DNA of 64,000 nt from Octopus sinensis (taxonomy: Eukaryota), in NCBI RefSeq assembly GCF_006345805.1, contig NC_043003.1, positions 18,414,001-18,478,000 on the forward strand. Reading direction: 5' to 3'. Below the pieces are notes generated by a model. The model saw only the letters and a program-made list of their open reading frames with translations, was not told the origin of the DNA and searched no databases. The number at the start of each line of letters is the position of its first letter. Within the stretch, counting starts at the first letter, position 1. Both the position numbers and the translations under genes were made by a program. Below are positions 12,108 through 24,060 of this stretch, piece after piece.

Positions 12108-12769
12108 ACACTGTCTTGCAACACGAAATACCTCAAGTCTTTCATCCTCACGGCTCAGAACATTGGCAAATTTTTTTCTTATCCGCTTCCCCTCTGGCTA
12201 AATAAACCTGTCTCCTAGCTTCCCTATATATATATATATTGTACTTCCTCTACAGCAAGACACCTGTATTTGTCTCACTATAACCTTTCCATCGCCATCT
12301 CCTCCAATGCCTCCTTCCTCTTAAAAGCTTTTGTCTTGCCAGTACTCGGTGACCCTGTCAGTGTAGGTGCCACTTAAAAGCACCCAGTCCACACTGTAAA
12401 GTTGTTGGTGTTTGGAAGGGCATCCAGTTGTAAAAACCTTGCCAAATCTAACCTCGCCTGTGCTTGTGCCACATAAAAAGCACTAACTCCACTCTGTGTA
12501 TATATATATATCTTTTTCTTTTTTTTTTTATTTGTTTCAGTCATTTGACTGTGGCCATGCAGACATTGGTCAGCTCATAATGATAATAGAAGCTGTTTGT
12601 CCAGAGTGCTGTACAGTAGGATTGAACCCCCACATGCCATGTGGTTGCAAAGCAGGCTTCTTAACCACACATCTATGATTGAAAATTATTTTAAAATGTG
12701 GAATTTCAAATGCAATGGCTACAATGAATAGGATAGAAAACAACTTGTGATAAAAAAAAAATAACAATT

Positions 12770-13122
12770 GCTTATGAACCACATGGTTCCGGGCTCAGTC
12801 CCACTGCATGGCACCTTGGGCAAGTGTCTTCCACTATAGCCTCGGGCCAACCAAAGCCTTGTGAGTAGATTTGGCAGACGGAAACTGAAAGAAGCCTGTC
12901 GTGTATATGTATAAATATATGTGTGTGTTTGTGTGTCTGTGTTTGTCCCCCCAATATCACTTGACAACCGATGCTGGTGTGTTTACATCCCTGTAACTTA
13001 GCGGTTCGATAGAATAAGTACTAAGCTTACAAAGAATAAGTCCTGGGGTCGATTTGCTTGACTAAAGGCGGTGCTCCAGCGTGGCCACAGTTAAATGACT
13101 GAAACAAGTAAAAGAGTAAAAG
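12770..13122 (+). mobile_element. SINE family 2
   Basis: Head, short TA tract and tail ...GAAACAAGTAAAAGAGTAAAAGA. Confidence 0.85.
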
Positions 13123-13731
13123 AATGTCTAAAGGATGACAACTTCCAGTGATCCAGATTCCAAAGTGAGAATTCCCCTAAAGGGCCAGTTCTACATACCA
13201 ATTTCTTTTCTTATGATTTTGATCAATATGAATAGGAATATTTTGAAAGATTTTCAAATTTAATCAAACATGTTTTTATTGTCAATAAAATATAGCTTTT
13301 AAGCACAATTAACCCTGGAGTGAAAAAAAAGATTATAGAATATCTATGACTGAAGATTCTAAAATTACTGTGACTTTGCGTTGTTTATAATGTCCATGTG
13401 TATGTGTCTGTGGCTAGGTGTATGTTTATATATATATATGTGTGTGTATATTTATGTATTTGTATGTATGTTATATGTACTGTATGCATGTGGGTATATG
13501 TGTGTGTATGTCTGTGTGTACTTATGTGTATGTTATATTAAAAGCAAGCATTGTAAAAGCAATCATCCTTGATTACAGACATACTCACATAGTCGTAATA
13601 AACAACAAACACGCATAAATGCATATGTATCTGTGTATTCATGCATCATCTATACACACACACAAACACACACACACACACATATACACACATTCATATG
13701 AATATATGTATGTATATATATATATATATAG

Positions 13732-13870
13732 GACAGCTGTATCAAGAAGTGTCACACTCTAATAGTGTAGAGAACCTGTAGAACTGGTAGCCCCAAAAAG
13801 ACACGGGAGGGGGTGGTGAAGCACGATCTTCAAATGTTGGGGCTCACAGAGGCAATAACAAGTGACCAAG
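13732..13870 (+). pseudogene. RTE ORF C-terminal fragment
   Basis: Reads DSCIKKCHTLIV*RTCRTGSPKKTREGVVKHDLQMLGLTEAITSDQ, which aligns by eye with the end of ORF 10267-11601. Confidence 0.8.
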
Positions 13871-14222
13871 GGTAAAATTATCTCCGTCCAATCAAAAAAC
13901 AATTGGCAATCTATCGGCATATCTAGCTGTACGCACACACCACGTACAAATTTCTGTTTTAGTGATTTTGAATGGATATGCCCATAACTTATGGGCTTAA
14001 GGGGTCGGTTTATCGATTTTTTTTAATGGCTTTCTGGGGTGACTGGGGAAATGAAAAGATCTTCACGACCACCCTCAGACAGTTTTGAAAGCCCACAGAA
14101 AATGCGAGCCTTTTACGTGAAAAACTGTGGATTTGTATAAAGGTCACACAGATACACAGACATTTTGCCATTTGTAGATATAGAGATAACACAAATATAT
14201 ATATACACATGTATATATTATA

Positions 14223-15757
14223 TCTCTTATTATAAAAGGCAGATTTTATCTGCCTCCCTTTGGGAGTTATAGAAATCTACAATATAGGATTTCTTCAATT
14301 ACAATTTACCTAGCATTTTTAAGAGTACAATGCATCGCGTCATACCAGGTCCAGTTTTTAAAATTTTAACTCCAATTAAGCAAAATTTACAGAAAACTCA
14401 CATTCTCGTGTGTGTGTCAAATGCTTTTCTTAGTCTGGTTTACACCACACGCAAACGCACACACACAGTGTGCGACGAATAAAATGAAAGTAAATAGCGA
14501 TAGAGTGATTTGAGGAAGACTAAACTGAAAGTATTTAAACCACTACTCAAAAAATAAAAAACACAGCAAACAGAAACAATAAATACATAACCATTTAATC
14601 CTCACACAATTTCTTCAATTAGAATTTACCTAAGATTTTTCAGAGTACTTCAGTGGGTGATGCCATAAAAAATTTCTTTCAATTTTACCACCAATTAAGA
14701 CAAAATTCGAGAAAACTCAATATTTTAACATATCACTCTGAAAGCATTGATGTACACGTGTGCGTGCGTGAGTGTGTGTGTGTCATTCCTCACACACACG
14801 CATACACATACATATACAACTACATACACATACAACTACATACAAACACGTGTGTGTTTGTTATTAGTAAAAAAGGCGCCAAAACTCAACTCACTTATCA
14901 TTCCAACACATTTGCAAAGACACACGGACAGACAGAAAAGGTAAATTGGTTTTTATTTTACTCTGTATATATTTTATTATATAATATTATATATAGATAT
15001 ATGTATATATAATTGCAGTATGAAACAGTGTTTATGTATAAACAGACGACACTTATATATAGTTACCTATTCATATTTAAATGAGAATATCAGAGCAAAT
15101 CTCTTTAGTACATTCGTGAAAACACGTATTATACTTCGTAAACACTTCAACTACAGTTTTGTACAAAAATCGAAGTGTAATTTTAATTCCGTGAATTATG
15201 GGAGATTTTTTTCCGAAATTTGTTCCTATTGTGTTTTCAAAATTTGTAATTCTGACAAAAAATGGATCCGAATTTCATTATATCAAGCAGCGAGTCAGAA
15301 TTCGAAGGATTTTCTACTGAAGACCTTCATAAATCTAACTCTATGACTGAAAAAAAAAAAGCATCTTTATAAAAGAGTGAAGTTGTGTGTCTGTCTCCTA
15401 CGATTTAGATTCCTAACTACTCCCACATTTTGCGGTGCAGTTTAACCAAAAGCGGGTATCTTATAGTCGTGATTCATATCGAGCCCTTCTGGGTATTAGC
15501 GTGCGTCTACGATGAGTCTACGATTTTAAAAAAATTTACCATCATATTTTTCCATTTTAATGCATTTTTTTCGCTTTTATATAAGGGAAGTAACTCTCTA
15601 AAAATATCTACGATGTGTCAACGATTTAAAAAAAAATTACCTTAATTTTTTTTCAATTTTTAATGCATTTTTTTGCTATTTTTTGGCTATAACTCTCTAA
15701 AAATGCTTATATAGTTATTTCCCTTACAAACCGAGCAACGCCGGGCGATACTGCTAG
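14223..15757 (+). mobile_element. Non-autonomous Helitron, composite, with a second 5' end at 15364
   Basis: A|TCTCTTATTATAAAAG 5' end; 3' hairpin CCGAGCAACGCCGG followed by ...CTAG|T. No TSD; inserted between A and T. Confidence 0.75.
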
Positions 15758-15782
15758 TATATTATATATATTATACATATAC

Positions 15783-15939
15783 TTTCATGTTTCAAAACAT
15801 TGCTTACTTTTTACTCAGCCTGATATATATATATCATCATCATCATCATCGTTTAAGCGGACGTTAAACGATGATGATGATATATATATATATATATATC
15901 AGGCTGAGTAAAAAGTAAGCAATGTTTTGAAACATGAAA
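15783..15939. repeat. Fold-back palindrome of a mariner TIR plus RTE tail
   Basis: Arms of about 75 bp, identical apart from microsatellite length; spacer GCGGACG at 15857-15863. Confidence 0.92.
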
Positions 15940-16572
15940 TTCATCACACAATATATTTCAACAATGTGGAAATCTTATTCATCAAAGTAAGTACCATTAC
16001 AATGAACACATTTTTGTTTATTCCGGTAACATAAAAATCTGCAGTTCTGGAGCACTTTCAGCATCGGTTTGATTTCTGAACTCCTTCTCTCACAGAAAAC
16101 CATCAAGGTGCTTGAAAAAGTGGTAGTGAGTAGGAGAAATGTTTGGAGAATAAGATGAATGGGAAAGAACTTTGTAGCCAAGGTCCTTCAACTTCTGGAA
16201 TGACATTTGTGAAACGTGTGGTTGAGCCTTGTCATGAAGAATGATTGGCCCTCTTCTGCTGATCAGTCTGAGACAGAGGAGTAGCAGTTTTTCATTCATT
16301 TTGGCAGTTTCATGGCAATATGTTTCTGCAGTAATAGTTTTTCTGGGTTTTAAGAAAAGAGTTACCATAACCTTCTTTTTGAAGAGGTTGGGTTTGGGGA
16401 AGAATTTCAGTGCTTCATTTAGGTCCAACCATTGCGAAGAACGTTTATTATTATTGTACAGAATCCACTTTTCATTGCAAGTTACAATACGGTTGAGAAA
16501 TGGATCAGTCTGGTTACGGAGAAGAAGCAACAAGCAAATTTCATATCTGCGCATTTTCTGATTTTCATTCAA
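15898..16572 (-). pseudogene. Mariner transposase remnant (Hsmar1/cecropia-like), 3' half with TIR
   Basis: FLNRIVTCNEKWILYNN, PKPNLFKKKVMV, ILHDKAQPH, YSPNISPTHYHFFKHLD in ORF 16090-16572. Confidence 0.9.
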
Positions 16573-16980
16573 ATTGTGTGGTACCTATTTGTCGAGTTTT
16601 TTGGATTTTCCAATTGCATGCAAATGGTTGCAGGCAGTTTTCTTGTGGCGATACTTGAAAGGGAGGGTTTACATAAACAAACCAGAGACCTTGGTGCAAC
16701 TGAAGAACATCAATAAAGAAGTCAAAGATGTGGAGTCTGAAACTCTTGAGGGTGTAATGGTGCAATTTTGAAAAGAGTACAGGCATGCGAAGCTGAAAAT
16801 GGCTACCATTTAAGCAATGTCATTTTTCATTTGTGATGTAGTGGTGTTTCAAAATTTGACCAGTGCATATTAATTTCCATTATGTCCTTTATATTGTATC
16901 AAAGTTTCATGCATTTTTTTGTAAAGTTAAGGAAGTTATTAAAAACTGAAACCCATCAGTGACTTTTGGGACAACCTGTA
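16573..16980 (+). pseudogene. Tc1/mariner-superfamily transposase C-terminal remnant with right TIR
   Basis: FLWRYLKGRVYINKPETLVQLK...; TIR GACTTTTGGGACAACCTG|TA. Confidence 0.75.
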
Positions 16981-17176
16981 TATATATATATATATATATA
17001 TAATTACAAAGTGAGATAGGGGTTGTGAGTGTAACCCTCTATGGGATTACATATATCCAATATACTGCCAGTAAACACCCAAAAATACTAATATATGAAT
17101 GCTAAGAATTGCAATGCAATTAATTCATTTATTGTATTATATGGGCGAAGGTAAAATGTTTTACCTCAAATTCATA

Positions 17177-17659
17177 ATACAAAATAAGCAAATGGAGGAA
17201 TATACTTTAATCAATCATCAACTACCAGATAATACCCAGTCACATAATTTATTAACCAACTACGTAGGAACATCAAGATCAAACACAATAATACAGAACA
17301 AAACAGTACACATCCATGAGTAATATGATACCATAAGTACAATGCGCAAAAATAAATATAAATATAAACTAGATCTTACAGCTGTTTCAGCCATGTAGAT
17401 AGGAGTATCTCATTATGCTCATATGAGATACTCCTATCTACATGGCTGAAACAGCTGTAAGATCTAGTTTATATTTATATTTATTTTTGCGCATTGTACT
17501 TATGGTATCATATTACTCATGGATGTGTACTGTTTTGTTCTGTATTATTGTGTTTGATCTTGATATTCCTATGTAGTTGGTTAATAAATTATGTGACTGG
17601 GTATTATCTGGTAGTTGATGATTGATTAAAGTATATTCCTCCATTTTCTTATTTTGTAT
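17177..17659. repeat. Long near-perfect palindrome (237-bp arms, 9-nt spacer), probably a Penelope-like terminal repeat
   Basis: Arms 17177-17413 and 17423-17659 differ at three positions I could see. They contain GGCTGAAACAGCTGTAAG. Confidence 0.9.
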
Positions 17660-18272
17660 ATATATATATATATATGAACGTATATGACTTGAGATGTCTG
17701 TCTTGCCTTAACGTTTGTTATCCTCTTTAACAATTATATATATACACACACACACAGATAGATAGATAGATAGACAGACAGGCAGGCAGGCAGGCAGATA
17801 GATAGATAGATATGAATGTATGTGTGGTGGGGTTTTATACATATGTGTACATATATTACATTACAAACACTCGAAGATGCTGAGAGATGCTTTTAAAAAA
17901 TAAATTGCAGTAATTATCTGAAGTTATGATAGTCAATAAAATAACTTTTAAGCTACAAGTTATTTTAAGAGCTGTACTAAAGAATGCAAAAAATGACGTC
18001 AATGTGTCTTTTGATTGTTTCATGTTGTGAGGAGTTATTTCAGCCACGATTTTACAGCTGGATGCTCTTCCTGTCACTGACCCTGGAGTTTCAAATAAAG
18101 GATTTCTTTTTTTATTCCAGATGTCTTTGAAAGTACAGAGCAACTACTCGTAATGTCAATACAAAAGTCAATATTATCACCATCTTGTTCGAGATGTGAT
18201 AAGATTGGCATATTAAGATTCTCCTACATTTGTGCACACACACTCTCACAAACACACACACACACACACACA

Positions 18273-18358
<86 letters not shown>

Positions 18359-18439
18359 CTCACTCACACACACATACATATATTCTTATTCTCTGAATTT
18401 ATGTATTCATTGGAGGTTCTCAAGTTTTTTAAGAGATAC

Positions 18440-18700
18440 AGTTTTTCACACCAAACATTTTTTACACCCATTAATATAGGGCCTGGATTTGGAGAGGATT
18501 TTCCATTTGATGTCAAAACTGATCCCTTTGTCTTTAAGCTTCCAGATTAAAGCTGAAAGGGTTGTTGAATGTTTCTTATGGTACCTAAAATTCGAATGAT
18601 GGTTGTTATATCTAGATTTAAATTTTCCTTCCACAGCTCCAATATAATGCTTAATAAGTTTGCAATTTTCAGCAAAAGAGACTGGCAGATTTAATATGGG
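18440..18700 (-). pseudogene. Penelope-like GIY-YIG endonuclease remnant
   Basis: HYIGAVEGKFKSRYNNHHSNF...STTLSALIWKLK...IKWKILSKSRPY...CKKC. Confidence 0.85.
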
Positions 18701-18702
18701 TA

Positions 18703-19015
18703 AAGGGTAGACTCCCTTCAGTCGTGAACGACCTGGGATTATACCTAGAATATTACCCTCTGATGCACAAGTCTGGGTCAGGTTGTTTATGGAAGATCAG
18801 CAGTTGCCCATGCATACCAGCCTCATCTCTCCACACCACTGATTTTATCCAAGGAGAAGGCAAAGGCCGATGCAGCTTGGCATCAGTGATGTCACAACTC
18901 GTTTCTGCAGCTGAGTGAACTGGAGCAATGTGAAATAAAGTGTCTTGCTCAAGAACACAATGCACAGCCCAGTCTAGGAATTGAACACATTACTTCATGA
19001 TTGTGAACCTGAATC
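18703..19015 (-). mobile_element. SINE family 3 with a bipartite RTE-derived body and tail
   Basis: tRNA/CORE-like head, then a segment similar to the minus strand of 51500-51660, ending ...GGTCGTTCACGACTGAAGGGAGTCTACCC. Confidence 0.7.
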
Positions 19016-19466
19016 CTTCAAGATAGCTGTATGATGGAAGACACATGCCCAAAGGGCCATGCAGAGGGACTGAACCTGAAACCATGTGATTGGGAAGCGA
19101 ATTTCTTAACCAGTCACCCATGCCTGTGCAATAACGTTTGAATGAGTAAAGAAGACTTGATGGTCACTGATGGAATGCTTCTGATAAATCAGAGAACATC
19201 CAATCCGATCAGAGCAGAATGACATCACCACCACTACCACCACCACCACCAGCAACAACAACATGATACTTGAAGCACGTACTCAATGTCAGACAAAACA
19301 CAGAAATATGCTGATTGTGAAGATAAGTATTCAAATACTGACCCATAAAACGAGATGGCCTCAATATTTTTTGGAATGTGGTATTGTAAGGAGATGATTG
19401 TCTTTGGTTTTACTTACTCTGACCTCTTGAAAGAGTTTTTTTTTATTGATATTTTTTTAAGTATGT

Positions 19467-19712
19467 GGAGGCACGTGGCTTAGTGGTTAGGGTGTTGAAC
19501 TCATGATCGTAAGGTTCTGGTTTCGATTCCTGGACTGGGCAATGCGTTGTGTTCTTGAGCAAAACACTTCATTTCATGTTGCTCCAGTCCACTCAGCTGG
19601 CAAAAATGAGTAATCCTGCGACAGACTGGCATCCAGTCTAGGTGGGGAATTTCTACGCCACTGAAACCAGGAAACCGGCCCTTATGAGCCTAGCATGGCT
19701 CGAGAAGGAACA
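19467..19712 (+). mobile_element. SINE family 3
   Basis: A-box TGGCTTAGTGG, B-box GTTTCGATTCC, CORE-like GTTCTTGAGCAAAACACTT. Confidence 0.8.
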
Positions 19713-19769
19713 TTTTAGCCCCCTGTGGGCAAAAAAATAAATAAATATTTTTAAAGTGTATTTTATTGA

Positions 19770-20750
19770 CTGGTGAATTGGCAGAAATCGTTATAGTGTC
19801 GGTCAAAATGCCTAGTAATATTTTCTTCCAGATGCTTGCTTTCTGAATTCAAATCTTTCCAAGGTCAGCTTCACCGTTCATCCTTTTGAACTTAAGAAGA
19901 AATTGTTATTGTTACCATTAAGACAAGTGAGCTGGCAGAATTGTTAGATTGTTGGACAAAATGCTTTGTGGCTTTTGTTGCAGCTCATAATGTTCTAAGT
20001 TCAAATTCAGCCAAGGTCAACTTTGCTTTTTATCCTTTCGGGGTCAATAAATTAAGTACCAGTGAAACACTGGGGTTGATGTAACTGACTAGTCCCCTCC
20101 TCAAAAATTTCAGGACTTGTGCTTTTAGTAGAAAGGATTATTATTATTATTATTATTATGAAGGCATCAAGCTGGCAGAATTGTTATTATGCCAGGCAAA
20201 ATGCTTAGCAGTATTTTGTCTGTCTTTACATTCTGAGTTCAAATTCCACCAAGTTTGACTTTGCCTTTCAATCTTTTGGGAGTCAATAAAATAAGTATCA
20301 GCTGAACAAAATTCCTAGCCTTGTGTCAAAATTTGAAACCATTATTTAAGGTGGCAAACTGACAGAATTGTCAGCAGACCAGGTAAAATGCTTTGCAGAA
20401 TTTCTTCTGACTCATTACATTCTCAGTTCAAATTCCACTAAGATCAGCTTTGGGTTTCAACCTTCCAGGGTTGATAAAGTAAGTACCAGTTGAGCAAAGG
20501 AGTCCCTCCTCTGAAAATACTAGCCTTGTACCAAAACTGGATACTATTATTATCATTAAAGCAGGCTGGCAGAATCGTTGGGGAGTCGATAAATTAAGAT
20601 ACCTGTCAAGTAACTGGATTTAGTAAATGATTGAAGTTCTTGAAACTGCTGGTCTTGTGCCAAAAGGGGAAACCATTATCATTGATATTAAGGTAAGGTG
20701 GTAGAATCCTTAGTACATCGGACAAAATGCAAAACAGCATTACTCATTAA
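19770..20750 (+). mobile_element. Head-to-tail array of about 6 diverged family 1 SINEs
   Basis: Heads at about 19770, 19925, 20160, 20350, 20560 and 20690, mostly separated by ATT-rich tails. Confidence 0.8.
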
Positions 20751-21338
20751 TAATTACAAGTCATAAAACACACCCTTTAATCAGCAAGGTACATTTTGAA
20801 AAAAAACAAAAAAAATGTTATAAACACATCAAAATTTTATTGTATAAAAATACCAAATTTCAAATAAAACAATCGTGCATTCTCAAATTTTAGTTCACCG
20901 TTACCAGATATGCTTGTTACACGCCCTCAGCAGATCTTGATTACATTTCAGCAACTCAAACAGGTGTTTCAGGGGTATTGCATGACTAAGTACTAACCTA
21001 CCTGCGCTCTCTATATACAACAGAGAGCAGTGTTGCACTCATAAACTTCATTATATTCAGGAGAGCATGAGGATGAATGAGAGAAATAATCAGTGAAGAA
21101 AAGGAGAGGATGAGATGTTCAGGCAGAGCCATTTTGGTGACATTTATTTGGCATCACAGATTCGATGTTGAATTATTTGACATCAGGCGTTTTAATGTTT
21201 CTCTCATTCTCTCCCTCCCTGTCTCTCCTCCTCCTCCTCTCATTCTCTATGTGTGTGATATATTTCCCTTTGTGTATTAGAGGTGGGAAGGTCTTTATGT
21301 CAATCATGTTAAATTGATAAGTTGTAATATCTCTCTCC

Positions 21339-21392
<54 letters not shown>

Positions 21393-21395
<3 letters not shown>

Positions 21396-21615
21396 GAGGC
21401 ATATAGCTTAGTGGTTAGGGTGCTGGATTCATGTTCATAAGATTGTGGTTTCGCTTCCTGGGCTGAGTGATTCATTTGTGTTCTTAAACAGAACACTTTA
21501 TTTTATGTTATTCCAGTCTATTCAGCTGGTAAAAGTGAGTAATCTTATAATGGACTGGCATCCCATCCAGGGAGGGATATATATATCAGAGAAATTGGAA
21601 AACTAATCCTATGCT
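21393..21615 (+). mobile_element. SINE family 3
   Basis: Similar to 19467-19712. Confidence 0.75.
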
Positions 21616-22062
21616 CTTTACAGAATATTGTTGACAAACCAATGTCTCTCTCCCTCTCTCTTGCTCTCTCTCTTACTCTCTCTCTCTCAATCACTTCCCT
21701 CCCTCCCTCTCTCCCTTTTTATGCGTGTGAGCATATTCCTCTATATGTTTATGAGGAGAGAGAAAGTGTTTATATGCCAGTCATGATAAACTAATAAGTG
21801 GTAATTCGCTTGCTTTCTTTGCCTGCTTTCTTCCAAGGAGTCTAGTGCTCTTAGCTTAGATTTTCTTGGGGATGGCCAGATTGGAGCAGTCTCAAGTGTA
21901 ACTGGCCAAAACTGCAATGATGATCTGGTACTCGGACCTGTCCTTGTTTCTTCCTGTCCTTTTTTGTATCGTCTAACTGTCCGGATGTTTTGTTGTCACC
22001 TGTTACATTCTTGTTACATCTTTTGTTTTATTTTTTTTAAATAAGTAGCAATGCTTCTTGCC

Positions 22063-22106
<44 letters not shown>

Positions 22107-22352
22107 ATGTGTATATATCTGTACATGCATGCATGCATATGTGTGAGTGTGTTTGCTCTAGTGCCAAAATGTACGGTCGCCAAAACAGGTTGAATATCCA
22201 GGCAGCCATGCCAAGTCGTTAGCATCCAAACAGCTGCACCCAATTATCTCATTCCAAGAAAAGGGATTTCTTCACCTTCCTTGCTTTAAGACTAACCAAA
22301 AATATGTCACAGATAAAGACTGCATGGTTTGTTGACTGTTTATTAAATGAAA

Positions 22353-22507
22353 TGGCTGTGTGGTAAGTAGCTTGCTTACCAACCACATGGTTCCGGGTTC
22401 AGTCCCACTGCGTGGCACCTTGGGCAAGTGTCTTCTACTATAGCCTCAGGCCGACCAAAGCCTTGTGAGTAGATTTGGTAGATGGGAGCTGAAAGAAGCC
22501 CGTTGTA

Positions 22508-22546
<39 letters not shown>

Positions 22547-22770
22547 TATATATATATGTGTATGTGTGTCTGTGTTTGTCCCGCCAACATCGCTTAACAA
22601 CTAATGCTGGTGCGTGTACATCCCTGTAACTTAGCAGTTCGACGAAAGAGACCAATAGAATAAGTACTAGGCTTACAAACAATAAGTCCTGGGGTTGATT
22701 TGCTTGACTAAAGGCGATGCTGCAGCATGACCACAGTCAAATGACTGAAAGAAGTAAACAAGTAAAAGAG
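22353..22770 (+). mobile_element. SINE family 2
   Basis: Head + (TA)n + tail. Confidence 0.88.
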
Positions 22771-22984
22771 AAAGGGAGTAAAACATTAATCACTGCTTTT
22801 TATATATACCAATACCACTATGACTAGCTGTTTAGGGGTCATTGCTATCTTCAGGAAGATCATTCAGCTTTGGGGCCACCCACTGCATTAGTGAATCCAT
22901 ATTTCTTTTTTCAATGGTTTTTAAAGTTTTTCTTTTTCATGATGTTGACATCTTCACCAACAAGAACAGCAAAATCAAACTCTT

Positions 22985-23400
22985 TTCTCTTTTACTCTTA
23001 TACTTGTTTCAGTCACGTGACTGTGGCCATGCTGGAGCACCACCTTTAGTCGAGCAAATCAACCCCATGTCTTATTATTTGGAAGCCTAGTACTTATTCT
23101 ATCGGTCTCTTTTGCCGAACCGCTAAGTTACGGGGATGTAAACACACCAGCATCGGTTGTCAAGTGATGTTGGGGGAACAATCACAGACACACAAATATA
23201 TATACACACATACATATATATATAAATACATATATATGACGGGCTTCTTTCAGTTTCCATCTACCAAATCCACTCACAAGGCTTTGGTTGTCCCAAGGCT
23301 ATAGTAGAAAACACTTGCCCAAGGTGCTACGCAGTGGGACTGAACCCGGAACCATGTGGTTCATAAGCAAGCTGCTTACCACACAGCCACTCCTATGCCT
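22985..23400 (-). mobile_element. SINE family 2
   Basis: Full copy, tail-to-tail inverted relative to 22353-22770. Confidence 0.88.
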
Positions 23401-23539
23401 CTCCAAAAAGAGAATTTTTTAAAATGCTAAATTGAATGCAATTACAGAAACTAACAACCCAAATTGGATAAAAAAGAGGTCTATCATATATGTGTGTATG
23501 TGTGTAACAAAACAGGAAGTTGGAAGAGTTTCCGGCATT

Positions 23540-24060
23540 GCAATGTCAGTGTGCATGCGAGACAGAGCTTTGGTGTATTGAGAGAGAAGTTGGGCATAAG
23601 AGGAATTAAAAGCAGTCTGCATGAGAGGAGACCGGTCACTTAAAGTAGAGGGATGTTATGGACAGGGGAGATCCAAGAAGACATGAAACAAAGTATTGAA
23701 GCCCAATCTCAAAGCACTGAACCTTATGAAGGAGATGATAGTGGACTGAGATGTGTGGCACGTTGCTTTACTCAAGAAGACCCATTCACAACAGTAGAAA
23801 TGATATCTTAAAACCAAGGTACCGTGTAAAAGGCATTGGTGCTGGTGCCACTTAAAAAGCATTGATGATGGCATCACATAAGAAGCGTCATTTATACTCT
23901 GTGAAAGGGTTGGCTTTAGGAAGGGCATCCAGCCTTATAAACCAAGCCAAAACAGACTATCGAACCTGGTGCAGCCCCTGACCTTACTAGTCCCTGTCAA
24001 GTTGCCTGACCCCTGCTGGCATAGAAAAAAATATGTTGAATGATGACGATGACAATGATG
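23540..24060 (+). mobile_element. Older RTE 3' fragment (ORF end + UTR tail)
   Basis: SVHARQSFGVLREKLGIRGI...VEGCYGQGRSKKT*; tail AGGAAGGGCATCCAGCC...GATGACGATG. Confidence 0.8.

Larger units (their letters stand above)
9388..12224 (-). mobile_element. 5'-truncated RTE-clade LINE, young copy
   Basis: RT motifs QFGF, FVDMEKAFDRV, GVHQGSVLSP, YADD. Only two frameshifts (about 12175 and 11628). The 3' UTR ends in (GAT)n. Confidence 0.93.

Noticed and set aside
10514-12205. Plus-strand ORFs overlapping the RT
   Set aside because: Antisense shadows of the RTE ORF.
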